A stretch of DNA of 64,000 bases. Source: Pedobacter sp. (GTDB lineage: Bacteria > Desulfobacterota > Desulfuromonadia > Desulfuromonadales > Syntrophotaleaceae). Made by a program: the position numbers and the translations under genes. Positions 33,190-43,063 of the stretch are shown here, one piece after another; within the stretch, counting starts at the first letter, position 1; each line of letters starts with the position of its first letter. Below the pieces are notes generated by a model. That model saw only the letters and a program-made list of their open reading frames with translations. It made no database searches and was not told where the DNA came from. The DNA lies in the NCBI GenBank assembly GCA_050253415.1, contig JBFWJC010000001.1:1256679-1320678 (forward strand). Reading direction: 5' to 3'.

Positions 33190-33478
33190 GTGAACGCTCC
33201 CGTAACATACTTATATTCAGGGGATTGTGCTGTTTAATTATAGAGCAATTTTTGTGGCTTAGTGATTGTCCATGGAAAATTTTTTAAAAGGTCGGGGCTC
33301 GGGAGCCAACCCGGATGTCACCGGACTCCACTGCACAGGTAATGTTCCAATCCCGGGGACACCATACTTAATTCCTCGGGCCCTTCGGGCCTGGCTTGTT
33401 TGGTTTCAATGTGCGCCCGAGTTCCGATTCCAAGTTAAAAAAGTCTATCTGCCGCGTCTGCTGGTCATTGCGAAAAAA

Positions 33479-34082
33479 TCAGCAAGCTGTAAGGGCCGAT
33501 GGAAACCGCTCCATGCCATGGAAGGCCGTCGCAGGCACCCGACTCGGCGACGATGTCCGTACTCGGATGGTTCTGGAAATCGTCATTGTAGCCCTGCCAG
33601 TCGCTGTTAAAGCGAAGCTTCCAGGTTCCAGCGGCCGGGAAGCCGATGACGTAGCCTTGATGGCCCGCAGGCCCATAGTGCCGTCCGAGCCCCTGCCGGA
33701 GAGGATGACGCCGATGCTGCGCGCCTGCCGGTACTCGGACAGGGAGCGGAGGAAAAAATCGATGGGAAGGCGCAAGCCGCGGGGCGTCGTCGGCTCGAAC
33801 AGGTGCAGCACGCTGTGCAGAATGGACATTTCCCTGTTAGGGGGGGATGACGTAGACGCAGTCCTGCTTGACCTTCATCCGGTCCCTGACCTGAACAACC
33901 TCCATCCCGGTGGTAAGCTGCAGGAGTTCGGGCATGAATCCCTTGTGCGTCGGGTCGAGATGGTGGACGATGACAAAGGCCATGCCGCTGCCCTCTGGCA
34001 CGTGCCGCAGGAACTGTTCCAGAGCCTCCAGTCCACCGGCGGCGCCGATGCCGACAATGAGAAAAGGGAACCTCTCTTGCAC
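33479..34082 (-). pseudogene. Decayed CheB methylesterase (CheB/CheR fusion type) fragment
   Basis: IVGIG-AAGGLEAL lacks the catalytic Ser of GASAGG. HLDP is present. A +1 frameshift in a C7 tract (33840-33846) falls at YVIPP/NREM, followed by LPIDFFLRSL and LSGRGSDG, then truncation. Confidence 0.85.
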
Positions 34083-34484
34083 CGCTGGGCTCTCTTCTGG
34101 AGAAGTCGTGGATCGTTCATTTCCGCTGGTCGCTATTGCTTTCTCATAATTTTAGGTATACCACAAATATTTCTTTGTTTTTCCAAAGGGTATTACGGCC
34201 GCGAGTTCGACGTCATGGCGTTTCGATTCGCCCCGCTGTACTTTTGGCGGTCAAGGGAATCAGCAGGCCCGGCGCGTTGACAAATTATCGGCGAAAGTTA
34301 TATTCAAAACAGTATAAGTCATGATCTCCAACAAGCAGAAACGAGACGGTATCATGTCAAAAATGCATCGTTTTTTGAATTTGTCGGTCTTCAACGGACT
34401 GTTAACCATATTCCAGAGGTGCGCAGCCACGCAGAAACGGGAAAGCACCGGGCAGTATGTCGATTACTCCGTCATCACAACCAA

Positions 34485-34524
34485 GGCCGTTCAGTAAAAA
34501 TGCGCGCATTTTTACTGAACGGCC
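34485..34524. repeat. Perfect 40-bp palindrome
   Basis: GGCCGTTCAGTAAAAATGCG|CGCATTTTTACTGAACGGCC. Confidence 0.9.
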
Positions 34525-34624
34525 CAAAACGATAGGTTGATACCCGCACATTAGTACCCTGTCCGCAGTTTTTAGAACTGGCCGAAGAGGAAATTTCCTA
34601 TTACTTCACCATGGAGAGACCGAT

Positions 34625-36061
34625 TTGAGAGCACCGGGAGGGAAAAACCTGCTGATCGCCGGCGGCGTTGTCGCCCTGATTGTCATCGCTGCAATCGCCG
34701 CTCTTTTAATATTGGACGTCAACAAGTACAAGTCGAATATCGAATCTGCCACCTCCGACGCGACTGGCCTGGAGATAGGGATACATGGAGAGATGGGGCT
34801 CTCTTTTTTCCCCTTTGGTGTATCGGCCAAGGATATCCATGTCGCCGGCAAGGAGGGCGAAATTATTTCCCTGGAAAACCTCAAACTGGGTGTGGAGTTG
34901 CTGCCCCTGCTGAGGGGGCAACTCAAAGTCACCACTTGCGAGCTTATCAAACCTGCTGTTACCATCGTGAAAGATGCCGGCGGGAAATATAATTTTGCAC
35001 GCTCTGAAAAGAAAATGACTAAAGAGAAGCCGGGAGCAGTCTTCAGCTTGAATGAGCTCAAGCTGTCCCGCGGGGTACTTGTTTATCTGGACAAGAAGAC
35101 AGGCGAAAAAACCGAGTTGAAAGGAATTCATCTGGCGATCAAGGATCTTTCGGTAGCGGATATCTCAGGGGGGATACTAAAGAACATCTCATTCACGGGA
35201 AGCCTGGACTGCAACGTTGTGCAGAGAAAGGACCTCAAGATTGACAACCTCAAGAGTCCGATAAAGGTGGAGAATGGGCTAATCTACCTTACACCCCTTG
35301 CCATGGACATCTTCGGCTCGAAGGGTGAAGGGGATGTTACGGTCGACCTGTCGAGCATCGATCCCGTGTATAAAGTCGATTTGAAGGTTTCGAAGCTGGA
35401 CTTCGCAAAACTTGAGGAGTCCTTCGGCGCAAAAAAGGTCATCGGCGGCAAGGGCGATCTTTATGCCTCCCTGACGATGAAAGGGAAAGGCAAACATCAT
35501 CTGATGAGCAGCATGGACGGTACGTTTTCTCTCCGGGGTGACAATCTCGTCATTTATACGATGGATCTCGACCAGGTTCTCTCATCGTATGAAACGAGCC
35601 AGAAGTTCAACCTCGTCGACCTCGGCGCTTTCTTCATCGCCGGCCCACTCGGCACCGCAGCTCTCAAGGGGTACCATTATGGAGACGTTTACTACCAGAC
35701 TCAGGGAGGACAGGGCGCCATCACCCAGTTCATTTCCCACTGGCAGATCAAGGACGGTGTGGCGGACGCCACGGACTGTGCCCTTGCGACGCGCCATAAT
35801 CGCGTTGCCCTGAAAGGCAAACTCGATCTCGTCAACGAGCGATATGAAAATGTCATAGTGGCGCTTCTGGGTGACAAGGGATGCGAAAAATTCAAACAAG
35901 GCATCAGCGGTCCCTTCAGCAGTCCCCAGATCGGCGCGGTGAGCGCGGTCGAGTCCTTTGCCGGCCCAATCTTCGATCTGTACAGGAAGGCAAAACGCTT
36001 TGTTCTGGGTGGCGAATGCGAGGTCTTTTATGATGGCGCTGTGCAGCAACCCCCAGAATGA
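34625..36061 (+). CDS. AsmA family protein
   Basis: N-terminal TM anchor, DVNKYK..IE...SDATG and GLSFFP, then beta-rich repeats. Confidence 0.8.
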   Translation: MRAPGGKNLLIAGGVVALIVIAAIAALLILDVNKYKSNIESATSDATGLEIGIHGEMGLSFFPFGVSAKDIHVAGKEGEIISLENLKLGVELLPLLRGQLKVTTCELIKPAVTIVKDAGGKYNFARSEKKMTKEKPGAVFSLNELKLSRGVLVYLDKKTGEKTELKGIHLAIKDLSVADISGGILKNISFTGSLDCNVVQRKDLKIDNLKSPIKVENGLIYLTPLAMDIFGSKGEGDVTVDLSSIDPVYKVDLKVSKLDFAKLEESFGAKKVIGGKGDLYASLTMKGKGKHHLMSSMDGTFSLRGDNLVIYTMDLDQVLSSYETSQKFNLVDLGAFFIAGPLGTAALKGYHYGDVYYQTQGGQGAITQFISHWQIKDGVADATDCALATRHNRVALKGKLDLVNERYENVIVALLGDKGCEKFKQGISGPFSSPQIGAVSAVESFAGPIFDLYRKAKRFVLGGECEVFYDGAVQQPPE

Positions 36062-36150
36062 TTCCCTTCTCGTGATCGGCTATGTTTTTGTTGCTCTTTC
36101 CGGAATTGCCTAAGCACAATACCTTCGGTAATGATGAAATTGGTCCTGCA

Positions 36151-36300
36151 TTAAAGGGAATAGTGGAGGTGGACGAGACTTATGTCGGAGGCAATCCTCG
36201 AAAACGTAAAGGAAGGTCAACAAGCACGGTAAGAGGATTAAAAAACAAGCCGTGCTAATGATGGCACAATGCAAAGGCCAGATGCGCATTGCTCCTATAG
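36151..36300 (+). mobile_element. IS1595-family (ISXO2-like) transposase remnant
   Basis: Manual translation from 36151: LKGIVEVDETYVGGNPRKRK, the first catalytic-Asp motif of IS1595 transposases. Frameshifted afterwards. Confidence 0.75.
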
Positions 36301-36527
36301 AGACAGATGGCTTTGATGTGCTTGCTCCCCTGTTGCGCCAACTTAGCCGTACCCTCAATTACGGCATCAGACCTCTTATCTAAAAAACCTTCCCCTGGCC
36401 TACGGGCATCGAGAACACCCTGTAAGCAGCGACCATCAAACTTACATGAAGCTCTCCATCTCACACCTGAGAAAAGTTCGTGAAAAATCGTCAATCTATT
36501 TTAGGACGCGACAATAGTTTGAAAGTC

Positions 36528-36740
36528 TCAGGATGATTTTCGGCGACGACAGCGTCGAACCCAGCCGATAGCGGCCAGCAGAAGGGCCAAAACCCCGACT
36601 CCTGCATGGAGGGGGGAGGGATCCTGCGGTAGGTTGACAGCTAAAGCAAAACCGTCCTGATTTGCTGCCGCGGATATCGGGTCGAGGGCGGTTAGCAGGC
36701 AGAGTCCGATAATCGGAAAAATAAAACGGAAACGCAACAT
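36528..36740 (-). CDS. Small secreted/membrane protein with a C-terminal TM helix and Arg-rich tail
   Basis: GGAG RBS, signal-peptide-like N-terminus, and C-terminus LPQDPSP...GVLALLLAAIGWVRRCRRRK. Confidence 0.45.
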   Translation of the reverse strand: MLRFRFIFPIIGLCLLTALDPISAAANQDGFALAVNLPQDPSPLHAGVGVLALLLAAIGWVRRCRRRKSS

Positions 36741-36905
36741 GAAGAGCTCCACGGTTGGATAGTGTCGCCACCGTTGGAATAGGCCTGGTAGTTATTTTGT
36801 CAACCTTCAGACACTCTATAAGCAAGTAGTGTTTACCGCAATGATTTAATTTTGAGAGTGGGGAAGTGGATCTTGTGCCATGGACAGAAGTCATGGTGTT
36901 TTAAA

Positions 36906-36946
36906 AATAACGGGGCGATCTTCCCAAAGAAGATCGCCCCGTTATT
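36906..36946. terminator. Intrinsic terminator hairpin
   Basis: AATAACGGGGCGATCTTC-ccaaa-GAAGATCGCCCCGTTATT. Confidence 0.75.
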
Positions 36947-37101
36947 CATTGCGGAACTTTTAAAAATTGCGGCCTGGCAGGCGGGGTTCCATCATCGTGC
37001 CAAAGTTTCCAGGAGAGGAAAAGGAGGTTTTAGCGTATGTCGTTTGCATGGGGAGGACATGCTTTCAAACCTGCCAGGCCGCATTGCAAGGGCGTTAGGG
37101 G

Positions 37102-37383
37102 TTATTTCCAGGAATTGGGCAAATATTTCAGCCGACCCCGACCGAAGTCGGTGATGGTGAAGGTTTCCAGTAACTTGCCGTGCTCGTCAAGATTGACGTC
37201 GGTTTCCTCGATGAGGCCAGAAGCCCGCATGGAGGTCAGATGGTTTTCAAAGCTTTTTACCGAAAATTGACCCTCGTTGCCGTATTCGGCGCGCAGATCT
37301 TTCATCAGATCGTGTACGTTGGCCTCGGTTTTTGTAGCCATGAGGTGCAAAAGGCGAAACCGCAAAGGAAGTTTGATAGCCAT
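37102..37383 (-). CDS. Small winged-helix-like protein, partner of the permease (copy 2)
   Basis: MAIKLPLRFRLLH...EYGNEGQF...SMRASGLIE...GRLKYLPNSWK. Clear paralogue of 15590-15874. Confidence 0.8.
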   Translation of the reverse strand: MAIKLPLRFRLLHLMATKTEANVHDLMKDLRAEYGNEGQFSVKSFENHLTSMRASGLIEETDVNLDEHGKLLETFTITDFGRGRLKYLPNSWK

Positions 37384-37387
37384 ATTC

Positions 37388-38428
37388 TTATGCTCCCTGA
37401 CGCAGGTTAAGAAGTTCTTTAGGATTACATACAACCAGGATACCACCGACGGTAATGATCAGCCCGCCGACCACCAGGTTGGTCGTCAGTTGCAGGTCGG
37501 TCATAAAGTAGCCGAACACGATGCCCCAGATGACGTAGGTGATATTAAGTGCCATGGCGCGGCCAACACCAGTCATGTTGAGGGATTTATACCAGGCCTT
37601 GTAGGAGATGCCGCCGATGACGCCGGCACAGGCAAGAATCCACAGGCTGTTGAAGGTACCGAGGGCCTGGCCAAGCAGGGCCCAGCCAGCTACAAAGGGC
37701 AGTACGCCGACGATCGAAACGATGCAGGATACCGATTGGCGAATGCTGATAGCGATGTCGGGATCAACCATGTCCATGCCGAAGGTGGAGAGAACGCCTT
37801 CGATGCCCCAGCCGAAGCAGGCCAGCAATGCGCAGCCGATGCCGAGGTAGAAATGAGGCATGGTGCCGCCTTCCGGGGGAGTCCAGCCAACGATCAGTGC
37901 GCCGATAACCGACAGAATGATGCCGCCCCAGACCAGCGGGGTGATTTTTTCTTTGAGAAATACGGCAGCCAGGATGGTGCCGACTACCGGGAACATGGCA
38001 GTGATGGACAGAGCGTAGGAGGCGCCGGCAAACTCGATGCCCAGTAGATAGCCACCCATGGCGATAGGACCACCGAAAACAGCGGCGAGGCATACCAGAA
38101 CACCCGGCCATGTTTTCAATGTGCGGAAAATTTCGCTGCCCCGACCCGAGAGGATATTGGAAAGAGTCAGGAAAATACCGGCAAAGCCGTCGTGCATGGC
38201 GGCACCGACCAGGGGGCCGGTAAAAATTGTTGCGCCGCCAGTAAAGGGAGCCATCGCAAACGCGATACCCATGACAATGCCGGCAAAACCCCAGGAGAGC
38301 CCGCCGAACGCCCCCCACAGAAGGCCCGCTTTGGCGTGGCTCATTTTACGTCTGTTACTCAGATCTCTTGCGATAGCCTTCGACGAGGAAGCGCTACCAA
38401 CCGCTTGTGCTGCGACTCCATTAGCCAT
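37388..38428 (-). CDS. DMT/EamA permease, LicB-like, copy 2
   Basis: Paralogue of 14557-15588, sharing MANGV, MAPFT, HDGFAG, PPEGG.MPHFYLGIGC and FGMDMVDP. Confidence 0.87.
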   Translation of the reverse strand: MANGVAAQAVGSASSSKAIARDLSNRRKMSHAKAGLLWGAFGGLSWGFAGIVMGIAFAMAPFTGGATIFTGPLVGAAMHDGFAGIFLTLSNILSGRGSEIFRTLKTWPGVLVCLAAVFGGPIAMGGYLLGIEFAGASYALSITAMFPVVGTILAAVFLKEKITPLVWGGIILSVIGALIVGWTPPEGGTMPHFYLGIGCALLACFGWGIEGVLSTFGMDMVDPDIAISIRQSVSCIVSIVGVLPFVAGWALLGQALGTFNSLWILACAGVIGGISYKAWYKSLNMTGVGRAMALNITYVIWGIVFGYFMTDLQLTTNLVVGGLIITVGGILVVCNPKELLNLRQGA

Positions 38429-38825
38429 AACGATTCTCCAGCTGAAAATAAATTCAAAGTGTTCGAAGGTACGGACCCCTTGTATGTCTGGAAATCAGCC
38501 GTACCCTCTGACGGTGTGGCCCTGTGGACCGAAAACATGCCTCCGGGAATTTCTGGTTTAAGCTCTGATGGTTGTTTTGCTGTCTGAAAAACTGACTTTA
38601 AACAAACTCAAACATTAGATTTTGCACGTCAAATGTTTGGTGCGCATGGACACCAAAGCTTTTATTGGGGTGTTTTGTCGTGAGAAAAAGTCAGTGGCTT
38701 GTATGTGACTATTAAATAACGCAAAACAACCATTGCTTGCTCTGAAGGATCTGCCTCAAGCAGCATTTCCCTGGCTTGGTTTGAATTTTCGAATGTCTCT
38801 TTCTCTCTGATCGACGCGTCAAGTG

Positions 38826-38855
38826 ACGATAAGGTATGTTCGTTTGTGTTGTCAA
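38826..38855 (-). promoter_or_regulatory. Sigma70 promoter/operator of permease operon 2
   Basis: Minus strand TTGACA-ACACAAACGAACATACCT-TATCGT. Confidence 0.75.
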
Positions 38856-39108
38856 GTGAATATTTATGTATGGATATGATAGATGTTTGAGGGTTTTTTA
38901 GCCGAATCAAGAAGGTTAGCCTTGAGCTGGAAACCATTTTCGAAGTAGTATATTTTTTCAAGTATTTGAAAATACAATTAAAATACGTATTTTTTTTAAT
39001 TTGCCTGTGAGGATGTTTTACGGTTGTGGGCTTGTGTGTATGGTGACCTTGTGTGTTTGCTGGTGATTGAATATGTTGGTTTTGCTTGGATGCTTGTCGG
39101 TTTCAGGA

Positions 39109-39257
39109 GTGGCTTTTCCTGAACAAACTGTCCATATGGATCGGATTCGGGAGAATGGATGGATTTTTTTTGTGGGGGAGGTTTTTGACTTGCAGTGAAT
39201 AAAAAAACCGCGATATTCCATCGAAATATCACGGTTTGGTCTGACGCTTGGTACCGA
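39109..39257. repeat. Diverged direct repeat, copy A (tRNA-Leu 3' end plus downstream flank); att-like
   Basis: Aligns with 46050-46195: GTGGC.TTTCCT.AACAA.CTGTCCATAT ... AATAAAAAA.CCGCGATATT ... GAAATATC.CGGTTT ... GCTTGGTACCGA. Confidence 0.85.
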
Positions 39258-39699
39258 GGACTGTGGCCTCACTGTGACTCTGCACCTGTAAAAGATATGG
39301 TTGTCGGTTTTCCCGTCCTAGCGGCAGGACTCTCAAAGTGGGTATCGCAATGGCAGGCGCCCAGGATTGGAAGGACTTGTCGGTGAATATGGCATTGGGT
39401 ATGCCCGGAGGGGGTACGGTGAATTCCATTTTCGGGAATTCTTTGTTTGCCTCTTTGAGTATTTCTGCGGCCTTCGCGCAGTAAGAGAAGGGTGGTCCCT
39501 CGGAGGCCTGATGGCCCTTTTTTCGGCAGGTTTTGATACATGAGACGTTATGGGTTGGAGCCAGAATATGGTGAAATGGCCGCCAGACCTTTTGGTTCTA
39601 AAAAGGGGCGATAGCAAAGAGTTTAAGCTATGTTGCATGGGGTATGAGCTGGGAAGGAACCGCAGCGACCTGGCTGTGGATAATCGATTTGATTACACC

Positions 39700-40010
39700 G
39701 GAGGAGCCACCAAATGAAAAGCGGCTATGGAGATGATCGAAAACCTTCCATGGGGTGGCGGCATAACCGTCGGCGGGAGAATAGGAGCATGATGTGCCGG
39801 GCTTTGTAATGGGCTTCGCACCCTTCGGGTAACGCCGCCTGCTGCGCTAAAGGCCAAGGGAATGGCCATCGACATGTAAATGACTCGGCACGGGGGCTAC
39901 TGGGGCAGCCAGAAAATTCGCACGCGCGTCAAACAGATTTTCGGTGGGATCAAGATTGCCGTGGTCTGAGGAAAACGCGGTACCGGGGGCTGGAGAAAGT
40001 CGACCATCGG
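39700..40010 (+). mobile_element. IS5-family transposase remnant (frameshifted)
   Basis: Manual translation across frames gives AAMEMIENLP..ITVG, LRTLRVTP, TRHGGY..SQKIRTRVKQIFG and GLRKTRYRGLEKV. Confidence 0.72.
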
Positions 40011-40631
40011 AGCCGAATATTTATTCGCTTTTGGATTCAAAGCCGGCTAGAAGGGACAGGCATTAACGAAACAGGTTGTCATCGATTGAATAATGAAGAT
40101 TTGAAGAGGAAGTAGTTTCTCGGTGCTGGTCTTTCAGTGTCCTGCTAGGGGGTGTGTGGCTGTTTTTCATTGCCGCATGCACGAGTTGCATTACTGGAAG
40201 GTTTGATTCTCGGGGTGTAGAGTTCGCTGGCTTGGCCTCCGATGTTGTCGACTGTATCTCGAAGTCTGCGGTGGATGGTCGGTTGCGCTATCGGTGGGGC
40301 GACCAACTGACGCCGGCGGGAAAGCGACCGAAACTTTTGCCAGGTATGGTGCTTATTGGGAATTGACTGAAATCCATGTCCAGAAAAAAATTCGTATTAT
40401 TTAATAAAAATGTATATTTTGTTATGGATATTTTTCTGGAAATACGAATACCATTCGCGAGTATTTCAGTTTTTTTCTGTCTGGCAAGATCGTTCGATTT
40501 AACCTATTTCCTGTTGTCGGATATGCTGCCGAGAGGACTTAGTGTGAGCCGAAAGACAAGGGCACAATCCTGAATAATGAAAAAATTATCCCTATGATCT
40601 TGATAAATTCCTTTGAGGTAAAGGGAATGAA

Positions 40632-41285
40632 ATGATGCAGTTCAAAATTCTCATCATTGAAGACGAACCTCTCATCGCACTGCAAATCAAAAATTTTCTA
40701 TCCAGAAAAGGGTTTGATGTTGTCGGCTGCTGTGAGAGTTTCTATGAAGCTTATGACCTTTTTACGGTGCATCGGCCGGAGATCATTATCAGTGATATCG
40801 GGCTGGGGGATGATGAATCGGGCATAGACATCATCGATAAATTAAGAAAATCCGGTAACTTTGAAGTCCTGTTTCTGACTTCATTCACTGACCAGAACAC
40901 GCTCAAGAAAGCTTTTGCGACTAAACCCTTCTATTACATCACTAAACCCTTCAAGGAAATCGACCTCTATACTGCCGTAATGCTTTGCATCTCAAAGTTG
41001 CAGGAGAGCCACGTCCATAACGACTGGCATTACGACCCCACGAGCAGAACTCTGAAATGCCGTAATGACGTTGTCTTTTTGACCAGGCAGGAACAAGAGC
41101 TTTTTCATCTCTGCTACAGGAACCTTGGTCGGTTTGTCCCGCTGGAAGTTGTCGAGAACGTGCTTTGGAGCGACAAATATGTCAGTGATTCGACCCGGCG
41201 CGGGTTGATTCATAGATTGAAGAAAAAATTAAGCAAGGAAATTTTTGAATACAGTAGCGCTTATGGATGCCGGTTGACTTTATGA
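40632..41285 (+). CDS. Response regulator (REC plus C-terminal wHTH)
   Basis: IIEDE, SDI, FLTS and KPF, followed by an OmpR-like output domain (LT.QE..L, IHRLKKKL). Confidence 0.88.
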   Translation: MMQFKILIIEDEPLIALQIKNFLSRKGFDVVGCCESFYEAYDLFTVHRPEIIISDIGLGDDESGIDIIDKLRKSGNFEVLFLTSFTDQNTLKKAFATKPFYYITKPFKEIDLYTAVMLCISKLQESHVHNDWHYDPTSRTLKCRNDVVFLTRQEQELFHLCYRNLGRFVPLEVVENVLWSDKYVSDSTRRGLIHRLKKKLSKEIFEYSSAYGCRLTL

Positions 41286-42778
41286 GAACGTTTATCCTCC
41301 TGATGCTGCTGTTGTCCGGCTGTACAAACCCTCAGCTTCTCACCCCTGAAGAGCGTGCCTACCTGGATAACAAGCCAACCATCGTCTTTCACAACGAGAA
41401 GGACTGGAAGCCGTATGATTATTACGAGGATGGGACTCCCAAAGGTTTCTGTGTCGATGTTGTGCGACTGATTGCCGCAAAGGTCGGTTTCAAGGCCAGA
41501 TTTATCTCGGGTCAAAGCTGGGATTCGTACATGCACATGCTTGAACACCGCCAAATAGACTCCCTGCATAATACCGCGATTACACCCGATCGCGAGAGAT
41601 ACATGATCTTCACCCGGGGTTACGTGAGGTTCCGGGACGCTCTTTATGTTCGCAAAGGCCGAAACGACATCAGGACGCTCGAAGATCTCCACGGTAAAAC
41701 CCTGGCGGTTGTCCGGGGCTACTATCAGGAAGTTCTGCTGAAGTCTTATTACCCGGAGATCAATCTCCTTCTGGTGAATAACACCACGGAATGTATCAGG
41801 GCCGTTTCCGAGAAAAGGGCCGATGCCGCCATCGATGAAGTCGGTGTAAGCGACAGTTTTATCAATGATTATGGGGTCAAGGACGTCATCCTGCAAAGCT
41901 TTGTCCAGGATGAGCGTTTCAATCTCGAACTTCATTTTGCCGTACATAAAGACGACAGGATTTTGAGAAATATCCTGCAAAAAGGACTCGATGCCATCTC
42001 TGACGAAGAAATGGCCGCGCTCAAGAAAAAATGGCTGATTCTCGGGCCGAAGAACGGAGTTGACTATAAACTGCTGGGTTTGATCGCGGTGGGAATTTTG
42101 ATGCTGCTGGGCTTCCTCTCCTACAGGACCAGGCTGCTGAAAAAACATAATCTGGAACTGCAGGAGGCCCAGATCGCGCTGCGGGGGGAGGTCCGGCAGA
42201 AAGAGCTTTTGTTACGGGAATTGAACCACCGGGTAAAGAACAACCTGCAGATCATCCAGAGTATCGTCTCCCTTCAGACATCGAGAAAGGACACCTCTCA
42301 TATTCTCGAAGAAATAGAAGACAATATCCGGGCGATATCTCTGGCTTATGACAAGCTCGTCTATCAGGATTCGCAGGATTCCATTGAACTCCGGAGTTAC
42401 CTTCAGACCTTGTCTGAGCATTTGACACGACTGGGTGACCTGCCGATTCTTATCGAAATGGAAATCCCCGACCTCCGGGTCGGCATCCAGAGAGCGGTGA
42501 CCATAGGCCTTGTGGTTACGGAATGTTTCAACAACTCCGTCAAATACGCTTTCGGCAACTTTGTCGGTGATCCCCGCTTCTTTATCCGCATGACTGCCAA
42601 GACATCGGATGAACTCCTCATGACCATTGCGGACAACGGATCGGGATTCTCCTCATCCGTTGTCAATGGCATCGGCCGGGAACTCATTATCTCCCTTTGC
42701 AAGAACGAATTTCGTTCTGTTCCACATTTCTATAATGAGCAGGGTGCGGTCATCGAAATTTCGATTCCCCGGACCTGA
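41267..42778 (+). CDS. Sensor histidine kinase (periplasmic SBP_bac_3 domain plus HisKA_2-type kinase)
   Basis: WKPYDY...GFCVD solute-binding domain, a TM helix, ELNHRVKNNLQII, NSVKYAF and DNGSG. Confidence 0.88.
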   Translation: MPVDFMRTFILLMLLLSGCTNPQLLTPEERAYLDNKPTIVFHNEKDWKPYDYYEDGTPKGFCVDVVRLIAAKVGFKARFISGQSWDSYMHMLEHRQIDSLHNTAITPDRERYMIFTRGYVRFRDALYVRKGRNDIRTLEDLHGKTLAVVRGYYQEVLLKSYYPEINLLLVNNTTECIRAVSEKRADAAIDEVGVSDSFINDYGVKDVILQSFVQDERFNLELHFAVHKDDRILRNILQKGLDAISDEEMAALKKKWLILGPKNGVDYKLLGLIAVGILMLLGFLSYRTRLLKKHNLELQEAQIALRGEVRQKELLLRELNHRVKNNLQIIQSIVSLQTSRKDTSHILEEIEDNIRAISLAYDKLVYQDSQDSIELRSYLQTLSEHLTRLGDLPILIEMEIPDLRVGIQRAVTIGLVVTECFNNSVKYAFGNFVGDPRFFIRMTAKTSDELLMTIADNGSGFSSSVVNGIGRELIISLCKNEFRSVPHFYNEQGAVIEISIPRT

Positions 42779-43063
42779 GCCTGCCCCCCCCCCTTCTTTT
42801 CAATAATCCTATCTCTCGTTAATTCTTTTTGATATTTCAAACGTTTTACAAACGCCTTGCATATATCATCGCGAGTGGCATGAGGGAGTAATCTCATGTG
42901 CGTCTGTTCATGGATGGCGGGCTCATCGTCGCTGGAGCTATGTCCCTGTGGATTGAATTTTGCGGGTTATATCTATTCCACCCCTATAATTTTGGACATT
43001 ACATACCAAACACAAGAGCAGGCTGCGCACAGGCTTTCGGTGCTAGCCAAGGAGGGATACCTC

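Noticed and set aside
33840..33846. Phase-variable cheB via the C7 tract
   Set aside because: The gene also lacks its catalytic Ser and is truncated, so slippage would not restore function.
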